DNA from: an uncultured bacterium
GTDB lineage: Bacteria > BMS3Abin14
Direction: 5' to 3'
Assembly: GCA_965603295.1 (NCBI GenBank)
Contig: CBFDCL010000002.1
Coordinates: 1 to 52,325, forward strand
Length of the DNA stretch: 52,325 nt
Of this stretch, positions 1 through 11,181 are shown one piece after another (position 1 is the stretch's first letter; the number at the start of each line of letters is the position of its first letter). The position numbers were made by a program, and so were the translations under genes. The notes beneath the pieces are model-generated. The model was not told the origin of the DNA and searched no databases. It saw only the letters and a program-made list of their open reading frames with translations.

Positions 1-2
1 CC

Positions 3-863
3 GAACTCATCGAGGAGGGTCAGGATGAGGGTGAGGATCTTCTCAGGGAGTCGGCCCCGCAGCTCAGGGAGCTCGAAAAATCCCTCGCTGACCTTGAGGT
101 TCGCTCCATCCTCGGAGACGAAGCGGACCCGAGGAACGCCATCGTCACCATCAATCCGGGAGCCGGGGGTACCGAGTCGCAGGATTGGGCCCAGATGCTC
201 CTACGGATGTACACGCGCTGGGCTGAGAGGGGAGGGTACGGCATCGAGATGCTCGACCTGCAGTATGGTGATGAGGCCGGGATCAAGGGGGCGACTTTTG
301 CCGTGGAAGGATCCTACGCATATGGCCATCTCAAGGCGGAGACCGGGGTCCACAGGCTCGTCAGGATCTCGCCGTATGACGCGAGCAGCAGGAGGCACAC
401 CTCCTTCGCCTCTGTCTTCACTTTTCCCGAAGTAGAAGAGGAGCTGGAGGTTGAGATCGACGAGAAAGACCTGAGAATCGACACCTTCCGTTCCAGCGGC
501 GCGGGAGGGCAGCACGTCAACGTGACCGATTCGGCCGTCCGTATCACTCATATCCCCACCGGGATCGTTGTTTCCTGCCAGAACGAGAGGTCTCAACACA
601 AGAACAGAGCCATCGCGATGAGGATCCTTCGGGCCCGAATATTCGAGCTAAAAAAGAGGGCAAAAGAGGACGAAATGGCCAAGTTCCAGGGACAGAAGAA
701 GGAGATCGCCTGGGGCAGCCAGATCAGGAGCTACGTTCTTCAACCTTACAGGATGGTTAAGGATCATCGCACGGGCCATGAAAAGGGTAATGTGGATGCC
801 GTCCTGGATGGGGACCTGGATGATTTCATCCAGGCTTACCTCCTCGGCGGGAAAGAACAGTGA
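3..863 (+). CDS. prfB: Peptide chain release factor 2, 5' end outside the window
   Basis: Frame is open from base 3 (ELIEEG...[16 protein letters not shown]); contains [21 protein letters not shown] and the GAGGQHVN (GGQ) motif. The usual +1 frameshift site would lie upstream of the window. Confidence 0.97.
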   Translation, partial: ELIEEGQDEGEDLLRESAPQLRELEKSLADLEVRSILGDEADPRNAIVTINPGAGGTESQDWAQMLLRMYTRWAERGGYGIEMLDLQYGDEAGIKGATFAVEGSYAYGHLKAETGVHRLVRISPYDASSRRHTSFASVFTFPEVEEELEVEIDEKDLRIDTFRSSGAGGQHVNVTDSAVRITHIPTGIVVSCQNERSQHKNRAIAMRILRARIFELKKRAKEDEMAKFQGQKKEIAWGSQIRSYVLQPYRMVKDHRTGHEKGNVDAVLDGDLDDFIQAYLLGGKEQ

Positions 864-1957
864 AAGACGGGGACGAAAAAAGGTTCATGACCAGGGCCCT
901 GGGGCTCGCCCGACGGGGTGTCGGGCTCACCCATCCCAACCCGATGGTGGGGGCTGTGGTTGTTCGGGAAGGCCGCATTTACGGTGAAGGCTGGCATCGG
1001 GGACCCGGGGAACCCCATGCCGAGGCCGTGGCGCTGGAAATGGCGGGTGAGGCCGCGAGGGGCTCCACCCTGTACGTCACCCTGGAACCCTGCGACCACC
1101 ATGGCAGGACCCCTCCCTGCACGGAAGCGATCCTTAAGGCCGGGGTCGTTCGGGTGGAAATTGCCTGTGAGGACCCCCATCCCCTAGTGAGGGGGAAAGG
1201 TTTGAGGCGACTCAGGGATGCCGGGATCGAGGTGAAAACAGGCCTCGGAAGGACGCAGGCGGAGGAGATAAACAGAGCTTTCCTGCACTTTGCACGGGAG
1301 AACGTTCCCTATGTGACCCTGAAACTGGCCACGACCCTTGACGGGCGCACGGCCGATGCCTCCGGAAACTCCCGGTGGATCACAGGGGAAAGGGCAAGGC
1401 TGGCCGTCCATCGGCTTCGGTCTCAGGTCGATGCGGTTCTTGTGGGCGCCGGGACAGTTCTGGCGGACGATCCTCTGCTTAATGTCCGGGGGATCAGGGG
1501 CGGGGGGCAGCCGCTGCGTGTGGTCCTTGACCCGGAACTGAGGATCTCCCCTGCCTCCCGGATCGTGGGGGAAGCCTCGGACGGCCGTACGATTGTCTTC
1601 GTCCGCCGGGGGATAGCGGTTTCGAAAAAGAGGGTTTTTGAGGAAAGAGGGGTCCGGTTTTTCACTCTGCCCGTGAGATCCGGGATTTTCGGATGGAACG
1701 ACATGGCCGCGTGCCTAGTTGACCTTGGCGTCCTGCATCTCCTCGTCGAGGGAGGTGCTCAGACGGCCACCTGGTTTCTGGCCAGGTCTGCTGTGAGGAG
1801 GGTGGAACTTTTTTTGGCCATGAAGCTGCTGGGAGATACCGGGCTTCCCTCCGTCATGGATCTGCATGTGGCCGGTCTGGGAAACGCGGTTTCTTTTGAC
1901 CTTCGGGGTTGCAGGGTCGTCGGGGAAGATGTCCGAATTACGGCGGATGCCAGATAA
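860..1957 (+). CDS. ribD: Riboflavin biosynthesis deaminase/reductase RibD
   Basis: HAE and [11 protein letters not shown] zinc motifs, THPNPMVG, reductase domain KLATTLDG and LLVEGG; GTG start overlaps the prfB stop (GTGA). Confidence 0.96.
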   Translation: MKDGDEKRFMTRALGLARRGVGLTHPNPMVGAVVVREGRIYGEGWHRGPGEPHAEAVALEMAGEAARGSTLYVTLEPCDHHGRTPPCTEAILKAGVVRVEIACEDPHPLVRGKGLRRLRDAGIEVKTGLGRTQAEEINRAFLHFARENVPYVTLKLATTLDGRTADASGNSRWITGERARLAVHRLRSQVDAVLVGAGTVLADDPLLNVRGIRGGGQPLRVVLDPELRISPASRIVGEASDGRTIVFVRRGIAVSKKRVFEERGVRFFTLPVRSGIFGWNDMAACLVDLGVLHLLVEGGAQTATWFLARSAVRRVELFLAMKLLGDTGLPSVMDLHVAGLGNAVSFDLRGCRVVGEDVRITADAR

Positions 1958-1960
1958 GGG

Positions 1961-2623
1961 GTGATCATGTTTACGGGGATCGTAGAGGAAACGGGCCGCA
2001 TCGCCCGGATTGAGCAAAGGGCCGGGGGCGCCCGGGTTGAGATCGAGGCCGCCCTTGTTCTCGATGGGACCGTGCCGGGACAAAGTATTGCCGTGAGCGG
2101 TGTGTGTCTTACGGTTGATAATACCCGACCAGGCGTGTTCTCTGCTGTCCTTTCCGCGGAAACCCTTGGGAAAACGACCTTCTCCAGTGCAAAACCCGGG
2201 GACGGGGTCAACCTGGAAAGAGCGCTGGCTTTGGGGGACCGGTTGGGAGGCCATCTTGTTTCCGGGCACGTGGAAGGGAAAGGCCGGATCGACGAACTGA
2301 GAAGGGAAGGGGGAAGCTACCTGCTGGTTGTTTCCGCTCCAGACGATTTCGCGTCATATCTGGTCGGTAAAGGCTCCATTGCGGTGGACGGGGTCAGCCT
2401 GACCATGGTCAGCGTCGGAGAAGGGCGATTCACAGCGGCGCTCATCCCGGAAACCTTTGAAAAAACGACGTTTCGATTGAAAACAATGGGTGATTTTGTT
2501 AATTTGGAACCCGACTTGATCTTAAAATACGTGATGTCCTCGGTCCGTGAGCTGGCAGAGCCCGGCGAAGCGGGAGGCATTACTCTGGAGAGGCTTAAGA
2601 AGTCCGGCTTTATCGTGGACTAG
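1961..2623 (+). CDS. ribE: Riboflavin synthase alpha chain (start 1961 GTG or 1967 ATG)
   Basis: MFTGIVEE N-terminus, [39 protein letters not shown]. Confidence 0.96.
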   Translation: MIMFTGIVEETGRIARIEQRAGGARVEIEAALVLDGTVPGQSIAVSGVCLTVDNTRPGVFSAVLSAETLGKTTFSSAKPGDGVNLERALALGDRLGGHLVSGHVEGKGRIDELRREGGSYLLVVSAPDDFASYLVGKGSIAVDGVSLTMVSVGEGRFTAALIPETFEKTTFRLKTMGDFVNLEPDLILKYVMSSVRELAEPGEAGGITLERLKKSGFIVD

Positions 2624-2634
2624 AAAGTATCGGT

Positions 2635-3837
2635 ATGCCCATTTCAACTATTGAAGAGGCGCTTTCTGATATCAAGGAAGGCAAGATCGTTATTCTGGTT
2701 GACGATGAGGATCGCGAAAATGAGGGCGATTTCGTCGTCGCGGCCGAGAAGATAACCCCTGAGATCATCAACTTCATGGCCATGCACGGGAGGGGTCTGA
2801 TCTGTCTCAGCCTAACCGAGGAACGGTGTCTTGAACTGGATCTGCCTCAAATGGTCTCCAGGAACACGGCCAAATATGGTACCGCATTCACCGTCTCTAT
2901 CGAGGCCAAAACCGGTGTGACCACCGGAATCTCCGCTGCCGACAGAGCGCATACCATAAGGACTGTTATGGAGGACGGTTGCGGCTCCGACGACCTGGAT
3001 CGGCCGGGGCATGTATTTCCCATCCAGGCCCGCAAGGGCGGCGTCCTTGTGCGCGCGGGACAGACCGAGGGAAGCGTGGATCTGGCCCGGCTGGCCGGCC
3101 TGAAGCCGGCCGGGGTCCTTTGTGAGATCATGAACCAGGACGGCACCATGGCAAGGATGCCCGAACTGAGGGTCGTTGCACGGAAATTCGACCTGAAGAT
3201 CGCCACCATAGCGGATCTCCTGAAATATGTTCTGAAGCATGAGCGGCTTGTCACAAAGGTTGCCGAAACAACCCTCCCGTCACGATTCGGTGATTTTATT
3301 GTCAAGGCGTACAGGAATGAGATTGATGGCCAGGATCACGTGGCCCTGGTGAAAGGAAGGATCGATACGCCAGAGCCGGTCCTCGTCCGGGTCCACTCGG
3401 AATGCCTGACCGGGGACGTGTTTCACTCCCTGCGGTGCGATTGTGGAGAACAGTTGGAAAACGCCATCACAGCCATCGAAAAAGAGGGGCGGGGGGTGTT
3501 TCTGTATATGAGTCAGGAAGGCAGAGGGATCGGTCTCGCCAATAAACTGAAGGCCTATGAACTTCAGGAACAGGGCAGGGACACAGTGGAGGCCAATCTC
3601 GAACTCGGTTTCGCTCCAGACCTGCGGGATTACGGGATCGGGGCCCAGATCCTGGTGGATTTGGGGATCAGGGAGATCAGGCTCCTGACCAACAACCCCA
3701 AAAAGATCGTGGGGCTGGAGGGTTATGGATTGAAAATTGTCGAGAGGATCCCCGTCGAGGTAACCGCCCGCCGGGAGAATATCAGATATCTCAAGGCCAA
3801 GAAGGAGAAGCTGGGGCACCTTCTGGGGGAACTTTAA
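2635..3837 (+). CDS. ribBA: Bifunctional DHBP synthase / GTP cyclohydrolase II
   Basis: [27 protein letters not shown]; [33 protein letters not shown]. Confidence 0.97.
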   Translation: MPISTIEEALSDIKEGKIVILVDDEDRENEGDFVVAAEKITPEIINFMAMHGRGLICLSLTEERCLELDLPQMVSRNTAKYGTAFTVSIEAKTGVTTGISAADRAHTIRTVMEDGCGSDDLDRPGHVFPIQARKGGVLVRAGQTEGSVDLARLAGLKPAGVLCEIMNQDGTMARMPELRVVARKFDLKIATIADLLKYVLKHERLVTKVAETTLPSRFGDFIVKAYRNEIDGQDHVALVKGRIDTPEPVLVRVHSECLTGDVFHSLRCDCGEQLENAITAIEKEGRGVFLYMSQEGRGIGLANKLKAYELQEQGRDTVEANLELGFAPDLRDYGIGAQILVDLGIREIRLLTNNPKKIVGLEGYGLKIVERIPVEVTARRENIRYLKAKKEKLGHLLGEL

Positions 3838-3856
3838 GGGCCTGAAAGGAGAGATC

Positions 3857-4327
3857 ATGTCAGGTTTCCGGACCATAGAGGGCAAATTGGACGCCAAGGG
3901 GCTGAAAATGGCGGTCATTGCCTCCCGATTCAACGATTTCATCACGTCCAAACTGGTGGAGGGTGCCATGGACTGCCTGTTAAGGCACGGAGCAGCCGAA
4001 TCCGACATCACGGTGATCAGGGTCCCCGGTTCCTTCGAGATCCCGTTGGCCGCAAAGAAAGCTTCCGCCGCGGGGTCTTATGACGCGGTTATATGTCTTG
4101 GCGCCCTCATCCGTGGGCAGACGCCCCATTTCGATTTCATCGCCTCGGAAGCGACGAAAGGAATTGCTCAGGTCTCCCTCGAGGCCGGGATCCCAATCAC
4201 TTTCGGTGTCATCACGGCCGATACTCTTGACCAGGCTGTGGACAGGGCGGGGGCCAAGTCCGGCAACAAGGGTTTCGAGGCCGCCCTCGGCGCCATTGAG
4301 ATGGCTGACCTGATGAAAAAGATCTGA
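3857..4327 (+). CDS. ribH: 6,7-dimethyl-8-ribityllumazine synthase
   Basis: [35 protein letters not shown]. Confidence 0.97.
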   Translation: MSGFRTIEGKLDAKGLKMAVIASRFNDFITSKLVEGAMDCLLRHGAAESDITVIRVPGSFEIPLAAKKASAAGSYDAVICLGALIRGQTPHFDFIASEATKGIAQVSLEAGIPITFGVITADTLDQAVDRAGAKSGNKGFEAALGAIEMADLMKKI

Positions 4328-4337
4328 AGGGTGCCCG

Positions 4338-4751
4338 ATGGGTGCACGCAGGCGGGGTCGAGAGGCGGCTCTTAAGATCCTTTACAGCATGGACCTGAAC
4401 CCGGGATCCGCGAAAGAGGTGTGCGAAAGGGCACAGGAATGGGGGCAGATACCTGCGGATTCTAAACGGTTTGTCCTTGAACTCGTGGAAGGGACCCTGG
4501 ATCGTCTAGATGCTATCGACGGACTCATCAGGGATGCCAGCCTCAAATGGGAAATAAGCAGGATGGCAGCTGTGGACCGGAACGTTCTCAGACTCGCTGT
4601 GTCCGAGCTCACCGGCGGAGGGGGGATACCTGTCCGGGTGATCCTGGATGAAGCGATCGAACTGGCCAAAAAGTATGGTGGTGACGAGTCAGGCACTTTT
4701 GTTAACGGAATCCTGGACCGGGTTCGCCTGGACCTGGAGATGGATTCATAG
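4338..4751 (+). CDS. nusB: Transcription antitermination factor NusB
   Basis: RRRGREAALKILY, DRNVLRLA, DEAIELAKKYG, FVNGILD; usual position after ribH. Confidence 0.95.
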   Translation: MGARRRGREAALKILYSMDLNPGSAKEVCERAQEWGQIPADSKRFVLELVEGTLDRLDAIDGLIRDASLKWEISRMAAVDRNVLRLAVSELTGGGGIPVRVILDEAIELAKKYGGDESGTFVNGILDRVRLDLEMDS

Positions 4752-5255
4752 ATGAAGATACGGGTTCGGGCCGGCAACTGCCTGAGTTTCGGAGGTGATG
4801 CCCTTCTCCTGTTTCATCACAGTGATATCAGGCCGTTAGTCGGCAACGTCGCCCTGCTGGACTGGAGATGCAACGCGACCGTGAGCCGCTTATGGAAAAG
4901 GAAGGAAAATCTCCTGAAGTTTGGCCAGCTGACGATTCTGGCAACCCAGGGCAAAGTCCCAGCGGGAACGGCAATCCTCACTGGTCTCGGTCCTGTGGGA
5001 GCTTTTGACGGCGACCTCCGTAAAGAAGCACTTCGTGCTGCCTTCGAGACGGCCCTGAATGTGGGGGCCAGGGATGTGGCCGTGGATGGAGCGGTTCTGG
5101 GAGGGGATGAGGGGGAAGGGGTCGCCGAGGACATCCGGAGTGTTCTGGGATCCATGAAGATAAAGGGAACTTTTACCTTAGCGCTTTTTTTCCCCGACAA
5201 GCAACGGACGCAGTCTGCCGTCGGGAAGGCGGAAAGTGCGGAAGGGACATCCTGA
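4752..5255 (+). CDS. Stand-alone protein resembling the M17 (leucyl aminopeptidase) N-terminal macro-like domain, no catalytic domain
   Basis: 167-aa ORF abutting nusB; RPLVGNVALLDWR and ILTGLGP segments resemble the M17 N-terminal-like proteins I recall from deltaproteobacteria. Confidence 0.55.
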   Translation: MKIRVRAGNCLSFGGDALLLFHHSDIRPLVGNVALLDWRCNATVSRLWKRKENLLKFGQLTILATQGKVPAGTAILTGLGPVGAFDGDLRKEALRAAFETALNVGARDVAVDGAVLGGDEGEGVAEDIRSVLGSMKIKGTFTLALFFPDKQRTQSAVGKAESAEGTS

Positions 5256-5258
5256 GAA

Positions 5259-5987
5259 ATGAGAGCCGCTATCATCTCGGATATCCACTCCAACCTCGAG
5301 GCCCTTCAGGCTGTGGAAAAGTCCATTCTCGAACTGGGTGTTGATGAGATCTACTTTGTCGGTGATGTGGTCGGGTACGGTCCCGATCCCAATGCATGCA
5401 CGAGGTGGGTGGTCGACAACACGGATCTGGCCGTGATGGGGAATCATGATTTTGCTGCCCTGGGGCTGATGGACATCGAGAGTTTTAACCCCAACGCCCG
5501 GAACGCCATCATCTGGAACACCGAACAGATGGAAGAAGGATGTATCGAGTTTCTTCGATCCCTGCCCATGACGGAAAGCCGGGAAGGGGTGACCCTGGTT
5601 CACGCCAACCCGAAGGATCCTGAAGGATGGAATTACATTTTTTCCCTTTGGGATGCGGAGATGAACTTCACCTTCTTTGAAGGTGCTTTCTGCTTCGTCG
5701 GACACTCCCATCAGCCCGTGGCCGTAGGTATGGACGGAGGAGGAAATGTGAATGTGGTCCCCGGGGACGTGTTTTCCATCGAGGAAGGGTCCCGGTACCT
5801 GGTCAACGTGGGAAGTGTGGGCCAGCCGCGTGACGGCAATCCCGCAGCGTGCTTCGGGCTTCTGGATACGGACCGGGGTCAGTTCTCCTTTATCAGAGTG
5901 CCCTACGAGTTCGGTGCTACCCAGCGAAAGATGCTGGAAGTCGGCCTGCCGAGGCCCCTTGTCGAAAGGCTGGCGGAGGGAAGGTGA
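5259..5987 (+). CDS. Calcineurin-like metallophosphoesterase (YfcE/MJ0936-like)
   Basis: SDIHSN, GDVVGYG, GNHD, HANP, GHSH, NVGSVGQPRDG motifs. Confidence 0.93.
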   Translation: MRAAIISDIHSNLEALQAVEKSILELGVDEIYFVGDVVGYGPDPNACTRWVVDNTDLAVMGNHDFAALGLMDIESFNPNARNAIIWNTEQMEEGCIEFLRSLPMTESREGVTLVHANPKDPEGWNYIFSLWDAEMNFTFFEGAFCFVGHSHQPVAVGMDGGGNVNVVPGDVFSIEEGSRYLVNVGSVGQPRDGNPAACFGLLDTDRGQFSFIRVPYEFGATQRKMLEVGLPRPLVERLAEGR

Positions 5988-6046
5988 GCCGGGAACGGGC
6001 AAATTCGGGCGGAACGAATACCCCGTCGGCGTTTCTTGATCCCACG

Positions 6047-7903
6047 ATGAGCCTCGTCGGGAGGCTGGAAGATCTTTCCGTTGGAGAGATCCTCCAGATC
6101 GTGAGTCTCAGCAAAAGATCGGGTCTGCTCAGGCTCGAATCCCCCGCGGACAAGGCCAATATCTACATCAGGTCCGGAATGATCATCTATGCCGCACGCT
6201 CGGATGAGAAAGAGGGCCTATTGAGTCTCCTCATCCATCACGGCCTTGTAAACAGGGACCACCTGGAGGCCGTGCGCGGGGAACTGGAATCGAGTGCGAA
6301 CGCCAGGCAGGTCAGGGACATCCTTGACCAAAAGCTGGGGATCTCCCCCGATGCGTTTCAGAAGGCCCTCAAGAACCGGGTGAAAGAAATGGTTTTTTCC
6401 CTCTTCCATTGGGAGGAGGGAACCTTCAGCTTTCAGCTTATTGAAAAAGAGGAAGAGCATCCCGCACTCGAAAAAATGGCCCCACTTTTCCTGGACGAGG
6501 GGATCGAGGCTCAGTTCCTCGTGATGGAAGGTGCCCGCAGAAAGGATGAAATGGGGCGTGGGGCAGCATCGGAGGTGAATGCGGACGGTGAGACACGGTC
6601 CCCGGAAGTACCTGAAATGGTCGGTGACAGAGAGGAGTTGGTTGGGGATTCCCCCCCCGGATGGCCGGTTCCCGAAGGAAGTCCCCCGGACCTGACAGGA
6701 GAGCTCGAGGAGTTTTCGGTTCCGGAGGTTCTTCCCCCCCTGGATGGTCCTCCTTATGGCACGGTGGTCCTCATTGGGCTGAGCAGAACTCTTGCGGCGG
6801 GAATCGCCAACGCCGTGAAGGGGAAAGGGATCACCTTGCTGGTTCACGAAAACGGCGCAGACGGCCTCACCAGGATTCAAGAACTGAGAAGAAACCGGGT
6901 CACTCCCTTCCTCCTCCTTGACGTTGAGGCCTCCGGAATCACCGACGACAGGAAAATGGGAGGTCTTGAAATCCTTTCCACGATCTGGGAGCTGGGGTTC
7001 AACGTTCCGGTCGGGCTCGTTCACAGGATGGTTCTCCCTGTGGGGCTCAGGGAAAAACTGTTCCAGATTCCGGGGATCCAGCTCTTCCCGATCTCCGATC
7101 CCACCGGGGAAACCGAGGTTGACGGCGAAACCTTGAGCATGATTGAGACCGCCCTTTCTGAGGCATCCGGTGCCCGGATGCCTGCACAGGAGGAGACCCT
7201 GATTCCACGATCGGATGATCCCGGCGGAGAATCGGCACCACTTCCGGGGGGCCTTCCAGAGATGCCGAAAGAGGCCCAGGAATATTACGATATCCAGGGG
7301 GAACTCGTTGATGATCTGGACGGGATCGATTTGCCGTTTGAGGGGTGGGAAGGAAAAGATGTCCCCCAGGACAAACCACTCGACCCCCACATGGCCCAAC
7401 TCAGTTCGTATGTTCAGGAGCTCAACCGGCAGGACATCAGTGGTGAGGTCACACTCCTTGCCCTCAGGTTCGCTTCGGCTTTCGTGTCAAGGGCGGTTCT
7501 CTTCCTTGTGCGCAAAGGGGACATGAAGGGGCTTGGTCAGTTCGGTGTTGATCTGGGGGAAGGGAGGGATTCCGATTCCGCTGTCCGGTCCCTGACCCTG
7601 CCCCTGGGCAGCGAGGGGGTTTTCTCCCGTGTGACCCAGAATCAGCAGAGTTACAAAGGACCCCCGATGGGGTCCGAAGTGGAGAGGAACCTCTTTAAGG
7701 CCCTCGGGGGGGATGCCCCGGGGGAGATATACCTCGGCCCCATCGTCAGCATGGGAAAGGTGGCGGTTCTTCTGTACGGGGATGACCTCCCGGGCGAAAT
7801 GGGGATCGAACCCACGCACACCCTTGATATCTTTCTCAGCCACGTCGGTCTCGCCCTGGACAGGGCCTTTCTGGAGATGAAACTGAAAACCCAGCATTCC
7901 TGA
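6047..7903 (+). CDS. DUF4388 (PATAN-like) domain protein with receiver-like and C-terminal GAF-like regions; alternative GTG start at 5984
   Basis: MSLVGRLEDLSVGEILQIVSLSKRSGLL and LFHWEEGTFSF are typical of DUF4388; central FLLLDV...GGLEIL receiver-like segment; GAF-like C-terminus. Confidence 0.8.
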   Translation: MSLVGRLEDLSVGEILQIVSLSKRSGLLRLESPADKANIYIRSGMIIYAARSDEKEGLLSLLIHHGLVNRDHLEAVRGELESSANARQVRDILDQKLGISPDAFQKALKNRVKEMVFSLFHWEEGTFSFQLIEKEEEHPALEKMAPLFLDEGIEAQFLVMEGARRKDEMGRGAASEVNADGETRSPEVPEMVGDREELVGDSPPGWPVPEGSPPDLTGELEEFSVPEVLPPLDGPPYGTVVLIGLSRTLAAGIANAVKGKGITLLVHENGADGLTRIQELRRNRVTPFLLLDVEASGITDDRKMGGLEILSTIWELGFNVPVGLVHRMVLPVGLREKLFQIPGIQLFPISDPTGETEVDGETLSMIETALSEASGARMPAQEETLIPRSDDPGGESAPLPGGLPEMPKEAQEYYDIQGELVDDLDGIDLPFEGWEGKDVPQDKPLDPHMAQLSSYVQELNRQDISGEVTLLALRFASAFVSRAVLFLVRKGDMKGLGQFGVDLGEGRDSDSAVRSLTLPLGSEGVFSRVTQNQQSYKGPPMGSEVERNLFKALGGDAPGEIYLGPIVSMGKVAVLLYGDDLPGEMGIEPTHTLDIFLSHVGLALDRAFLEMKLKTQHS

Positions 7904-7923
7904 CGAAGAAGAGGTGGTACGCC

Positions 7924-8289
7924 ATGGCTAAAAGGATTCTTGTAGTGGAAGACTCCTCGATGACCAGGTCCCTCATTGTGTCCTCCCTTGAGGACATGGG
8001 GAACTTCGTTGTCATCGAAGCCGCCAACGGCTTCCAGGCGCTCCGGAAGCTTCCGGAAGTAACCCCCGACCTTGTCATCACCGATATCAACATGCCCGAC
8101 ATCAACGGTCTTGAGGTCGTCAGGTTTTTGAAACAGAGTGAAAATTTCAGCCATATTCCCATCATCGTGGTTACCACGGAGGGCAGGGATGTTGACAGAG
8201 AAAGGGCCCTGCGTCTCGGAGCCGATCGCTACCTGGTCAAACCTTTTGAACCTGAAGAGCTTCAGAATTTCGTCGAAGAACTCCTCTGA
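7924..8289 (+). CDS. cheY: Single-domain response regulator (CheY-like)
   Basis: VVEDS, PDLVITDINMP (phospho-Asp), TT, LVKPF. Confidence 0.9.
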   Translation: MAKRILVVEDSSMTRSLIVSSLEDMGNFVVIEAANGFQALRKLPEVTPDLVITDINMPDINGLEVVRFLKQSENFSHIPIIVVTTEGRDVDRERALRLGADRYLVKPFEPEELQNFVEELL

Positions 8290-8291
8290 CG

Positions 8292-10343
8292 GTGCGGGAG
8301 ATACCATTGGATCAATCGCTGAAGGATTTCGTTGCCGAGGCCGAGGACATTCTGGATAGCCTGGATGAGGCTATCAGCTCCCTCATGGATATGGGCCCCG
8401 ACGACCATCGGAAACCCGACATCATCAACGCTGTTTTCCGTCATGCTCATTCCCTCAAAGGACTCTCGGGCATGTTCAATCTGGAGAGCCTGTCGGGGGT
8501 ATCGCATAAGCTCGAGAACCTGCTGGATGGCATGAGGCTGGACAGGATTCCCTACTCCATTGAGGTTGTGGATCTCCTGGGGCAGGGTGTGCAGATCCTT
8601 ATCCGTATGGTCCGGGCCGTGGGTGAGGGAACGGGTGATGACTCGGTGGATTTTTCTGAACTCCTCCGCGATCTTGAAAAACTGGAAAAAAATGATCTGG
8701 GCCCGGAGGAAGAGGACCTTTCGTTCTATATCCGCGTTCCCGGGAAGATGACGGAGATGCTTTCCGAATACGAGGAACACCGCTTCCGTGACAATATCGG
8801 GAAGGGGATTCCTTTCTTCAGAGTCACCTGCAGTTTCCCTCTGGAGACCTTCGATGTCGAACTCGAGAAACTGGGATCCTCCATCCGGGAAGTGGGGGAG
8901 CTTCTCACCACCTTACCGGAAACCGATATGGGGGGAGGGGAAAATATCGGGTTTACCCTTTATTTTACGAGTCGGGAAAAGGAGAAACGTGTCCGGGAAA
9001 AGATCGGGAGTGTTGAAGGAGGCCTCGAAACGGTCCCTTACGTGGGGACGGACCCTTCATCCGACCGGAGCCCCGATGCTCCCGCGCCTCCATCGGGGGC
9101 AAGGGAGAGGGATTCTTTCGAGGATGAGATCAAGGGGCTCAGCCAGACCGTCAGGGTGGACATCAGCAAACTGGACTACCTGATGAACCTGGTTGGGGAA
9201 CTGATCATCCTAAAGTCCGGTTATGCCGACGTTTCCGCCAGGCTCCGGGAAGGTGGAACCCCGATGGGGAAAGGCCTTTTGCAGGACCTCGAAAAGAACA
9301 ACTCGAACCTTGAGAAGAAGCTGATCGATCTCCGGGACGCGGTCATGGATATCCGCATGGTCCCCATGGGGCAGCTTTACAACAGGCTCGGGAGGGTCTC
9401 CAAGAAGATCGCCCGGGGGTTGGGGAAAAAAGTTGATCTGCAATTTGACGGGCACGATACGGAACTCGACAAGATGATAATGGAGGAGATGGTTCCACCC
9501 CTTCTCCACATCGTCCGGAACTCGCTGGACCATGGTGTGGAAGACACCGCAACCCGGAAATCCAAAGGAAAGAACGAGACGGGAAAGGTCCGGGTTTCCG
9601 CGTTCCAGCAGGGAAATCATGTGGTCCTGGAAGTGACGGATGACGGGCGGGGGATCGACCTTGCCATGGTGAGGAGGCACGCCGTCGCGCGGGGGGAAGT
9701 TGGAAAGAACGAGGTGCTGTCCGATGAAGAGGTTCTCAACCTCCTCTTCAGGCCCGGGTTTTCCACAAAGGAAGGTGTCACCGAACTGTCCGGCAGAGGG
9801 GTTGGTATGGATGTGGTGCGCAGGGAATTGGAAAACATCGGAGGCGCAGTACAGATCCACACGGTAAAAGACCAGGGGACCCGTGTGACCCTCACTCTGC
9901 CCATTACTCTGGCCATTCTGCAGGCCCTTCTTATCAGGAACGGTGAAAGAATCTTCGCCATACCCATGGGCGCAATCCAGGAAACCATCGAAATAGAGAA
10001 GGGGCAGGTGAGGACCATGCAGGGGCAGGAAGTGATCAACCTCAGGGACCAGACCCTCCCGCTCATCAGGCTTGAGAGACTTTTCGGCCTGCCGGAATCA
10101 AAGAACGAGGGTGGATTTTTCGCTGTGATCATCAGTATGGCGAACAGGACAATGGGACTTGTTGCAACGGAGCTCCTGGCTAAGCAGGATGTCGTGATCA
10201 AACCTCTCGGTGAGGCGTTTTCCGGGACCGTTGGCCTTGCGGGAGCCGCGGAACTGGGCGACCAGTCCACCATCCTCGTCCTCGATGTCGCGGGACTGAT
10301 GATGGAGGCTATCAGGCTCGGTACCCTGAGCCAGAGGAACTGA
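8292..10343 (+). CDS. cheA: Chemotaxis histidine kinase CheA
   Basis: Hpt FRHAHSLKG, TVRVDISKLDYLMNLVGEL, HIVRNSLDHG, DDGRG, GFST...SGRGVGMDVV, C-terminal CheW-like domain. Confidence 0.97.
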   Translation: MREIPLDQSLKDFVAEAEDILDSLDEAISSLMDMGPDDHRKPDIINAVFRHAHSLKGLSGMFNLESLSGVSHKLENLLDGMRLDRIPYSIEVVDLLGQGVQILIRMVRAVGEGTGDDSVDFSELLRDLEKLEKNDLGPEEEDLSFYIRVPGKMTEMLSEYEEHRFRDNIGKGIPFFRVTCSFPLETFDVELEKLGSSIREVGELLTTLPETDMGGGENIGFTLYFTSREKEKRVREKIGSVEGGLETVPYVGTDPSSDRSPDAPAPPSGARERDSFEDEIKGLSQTVRVDISKLDYLMNLVGELIILKSGYADVSARLREGGTPMGKGLLQDLEKNNSNLEKKLIDLRDAVMDIRMVPMGQLYNRLGRVSKKIARGLGKKVDLQFDGHDTELDKMIMEEMVPPLLHIVRNSLDHGVEDTATRKSKGKNETGKVRVSAFQQGNHVVLEVTDDGRGIDLAMVRRHAVARGEVGKNEVLSDEEVLNLLFRPGFSTKEGVTELSGRGVGMDVVRRELENIGGAVQIHTVKDQGTRVTLTLPITLAILQALLIRNGERIFAIPMGAIQETIEIEKGQVRTMQGQEVINLRDQTLPLIRLERLFGLPESKNEGGFFAVIISMANRTMGLVATELLAKQDVVIKPLGEAFSGTVGLAGAAELGDQSTILVLDVAGLMMEAIRLGTLSQRN

Positions 10344-10346
10344 CGG

Positions 10347-11159
10347 ATGTACCTGGATCATTTCGGTTTCTCCATAAAACCGTTCGACAAAACCCCCAAC
10401 CCGGCCTTCTTCTATCGGAGCCCGATCCACAAGGAGGCGCTGGCCCGTCTCCAATATGGTTCCGAGGAAAGGGAGTTGACGGTTCTGACGGGGGAAATTG
10501 GAACGGGCAAGACCCTTTTAAGCCGGGCCCTTATCGATTCTCTGGACGAGAGCTTTATCCCGATCCTTCTGATCAACCCTAGGCTGTCACCGAACCAGTT
10601 CCTCAGGACAATCGCCCGCAGGCTGGGTGTCGAACCGCCCTCCTATTTTCGGGCGGATCTCCTGGAAGAGGTCAACGGCGCCCTGTACGGATGCTACGAG
10701 GACGGTAAGTGCCCGGTGATCATTATTGACGAGGCCCAGTTGATACCGGGGAAAGCAACCTTCGATGAGATCCGTTTGTTGACCAATTTTCAGCTGGACG
10801 AAGCAAACCTTCTCTCCCTGGTTCTGATCGGTCAACCGGAGCTTCGGAAACGTCTGAAGCATCCTTCGTTTGCGGCGATCAGTCAGCGGATCGGGATTCG
10901 GTACCATCTTGGGTCCATGGGGAGGGAGGATACGGGAAATTATATTTCGCACAGGCTCTGGACTGCCGGAGGAGATCCCGACCTGATCACCGATGAGGCC
11001 ATTGATGTTGTCTATCGATATTCCCGCGGGCTTCCGAGGGTTATCAACAACATCGCGTCCAATGCGCTTCTTATGGGATTCTCGAAGGATTCTTCACGTA
11101 TAGGTCCTGATTTGATACTGGATGTGGTGGAGGATCTGGATCTGGAACCGGGGTCATAG
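10347..11159 (+). CDS. ExeA/AAA_22-family P-loop ATPase
   Basis: MYLDHFGFSIKPF, Walker A GEIGTGKT, Walker B IIIDEAQ, LIGQPEL, SRGLPRVINNI. Confidence 0.92.
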   Translation: MYLDHFGFSIKPFDKTPNPAFFYRSPIHKEALARLQYGSEERELTVLTGEIGTGKTLLSRALIDSLDESFIPILLINPRLSPNQFLRTIARRLGVEPPSYFRADLLEEVNGALYGCYEDGKCPVIIIDEAQLIPGKATFDEIRLLTNFQLDEANLLSLVLIGQPELRKRLKHPSFAAISQRIGIRYHLGSMGREDTGNYISHRLWTAGGDPDLITDEAIDVVYRYSRGLPRVINNIASNALLMGFSKDSSRIGPDLILDVVEDLDLEPGS

Positions 11160-11181
11160 GCGGGCCAGCAGGGAGAGAGCG

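Noticed and set aside
1-194. prfB programmed +1 frameshift
   Set aside because: The frame is open from base 3; the CTT-TGA site would be upstream of the window and cannot be assessed.
840-870. Expected FMN riboswitch upstream of the rib genes
   Set aside because: ribD overlaps the prfB stop codon, so there is no leader.
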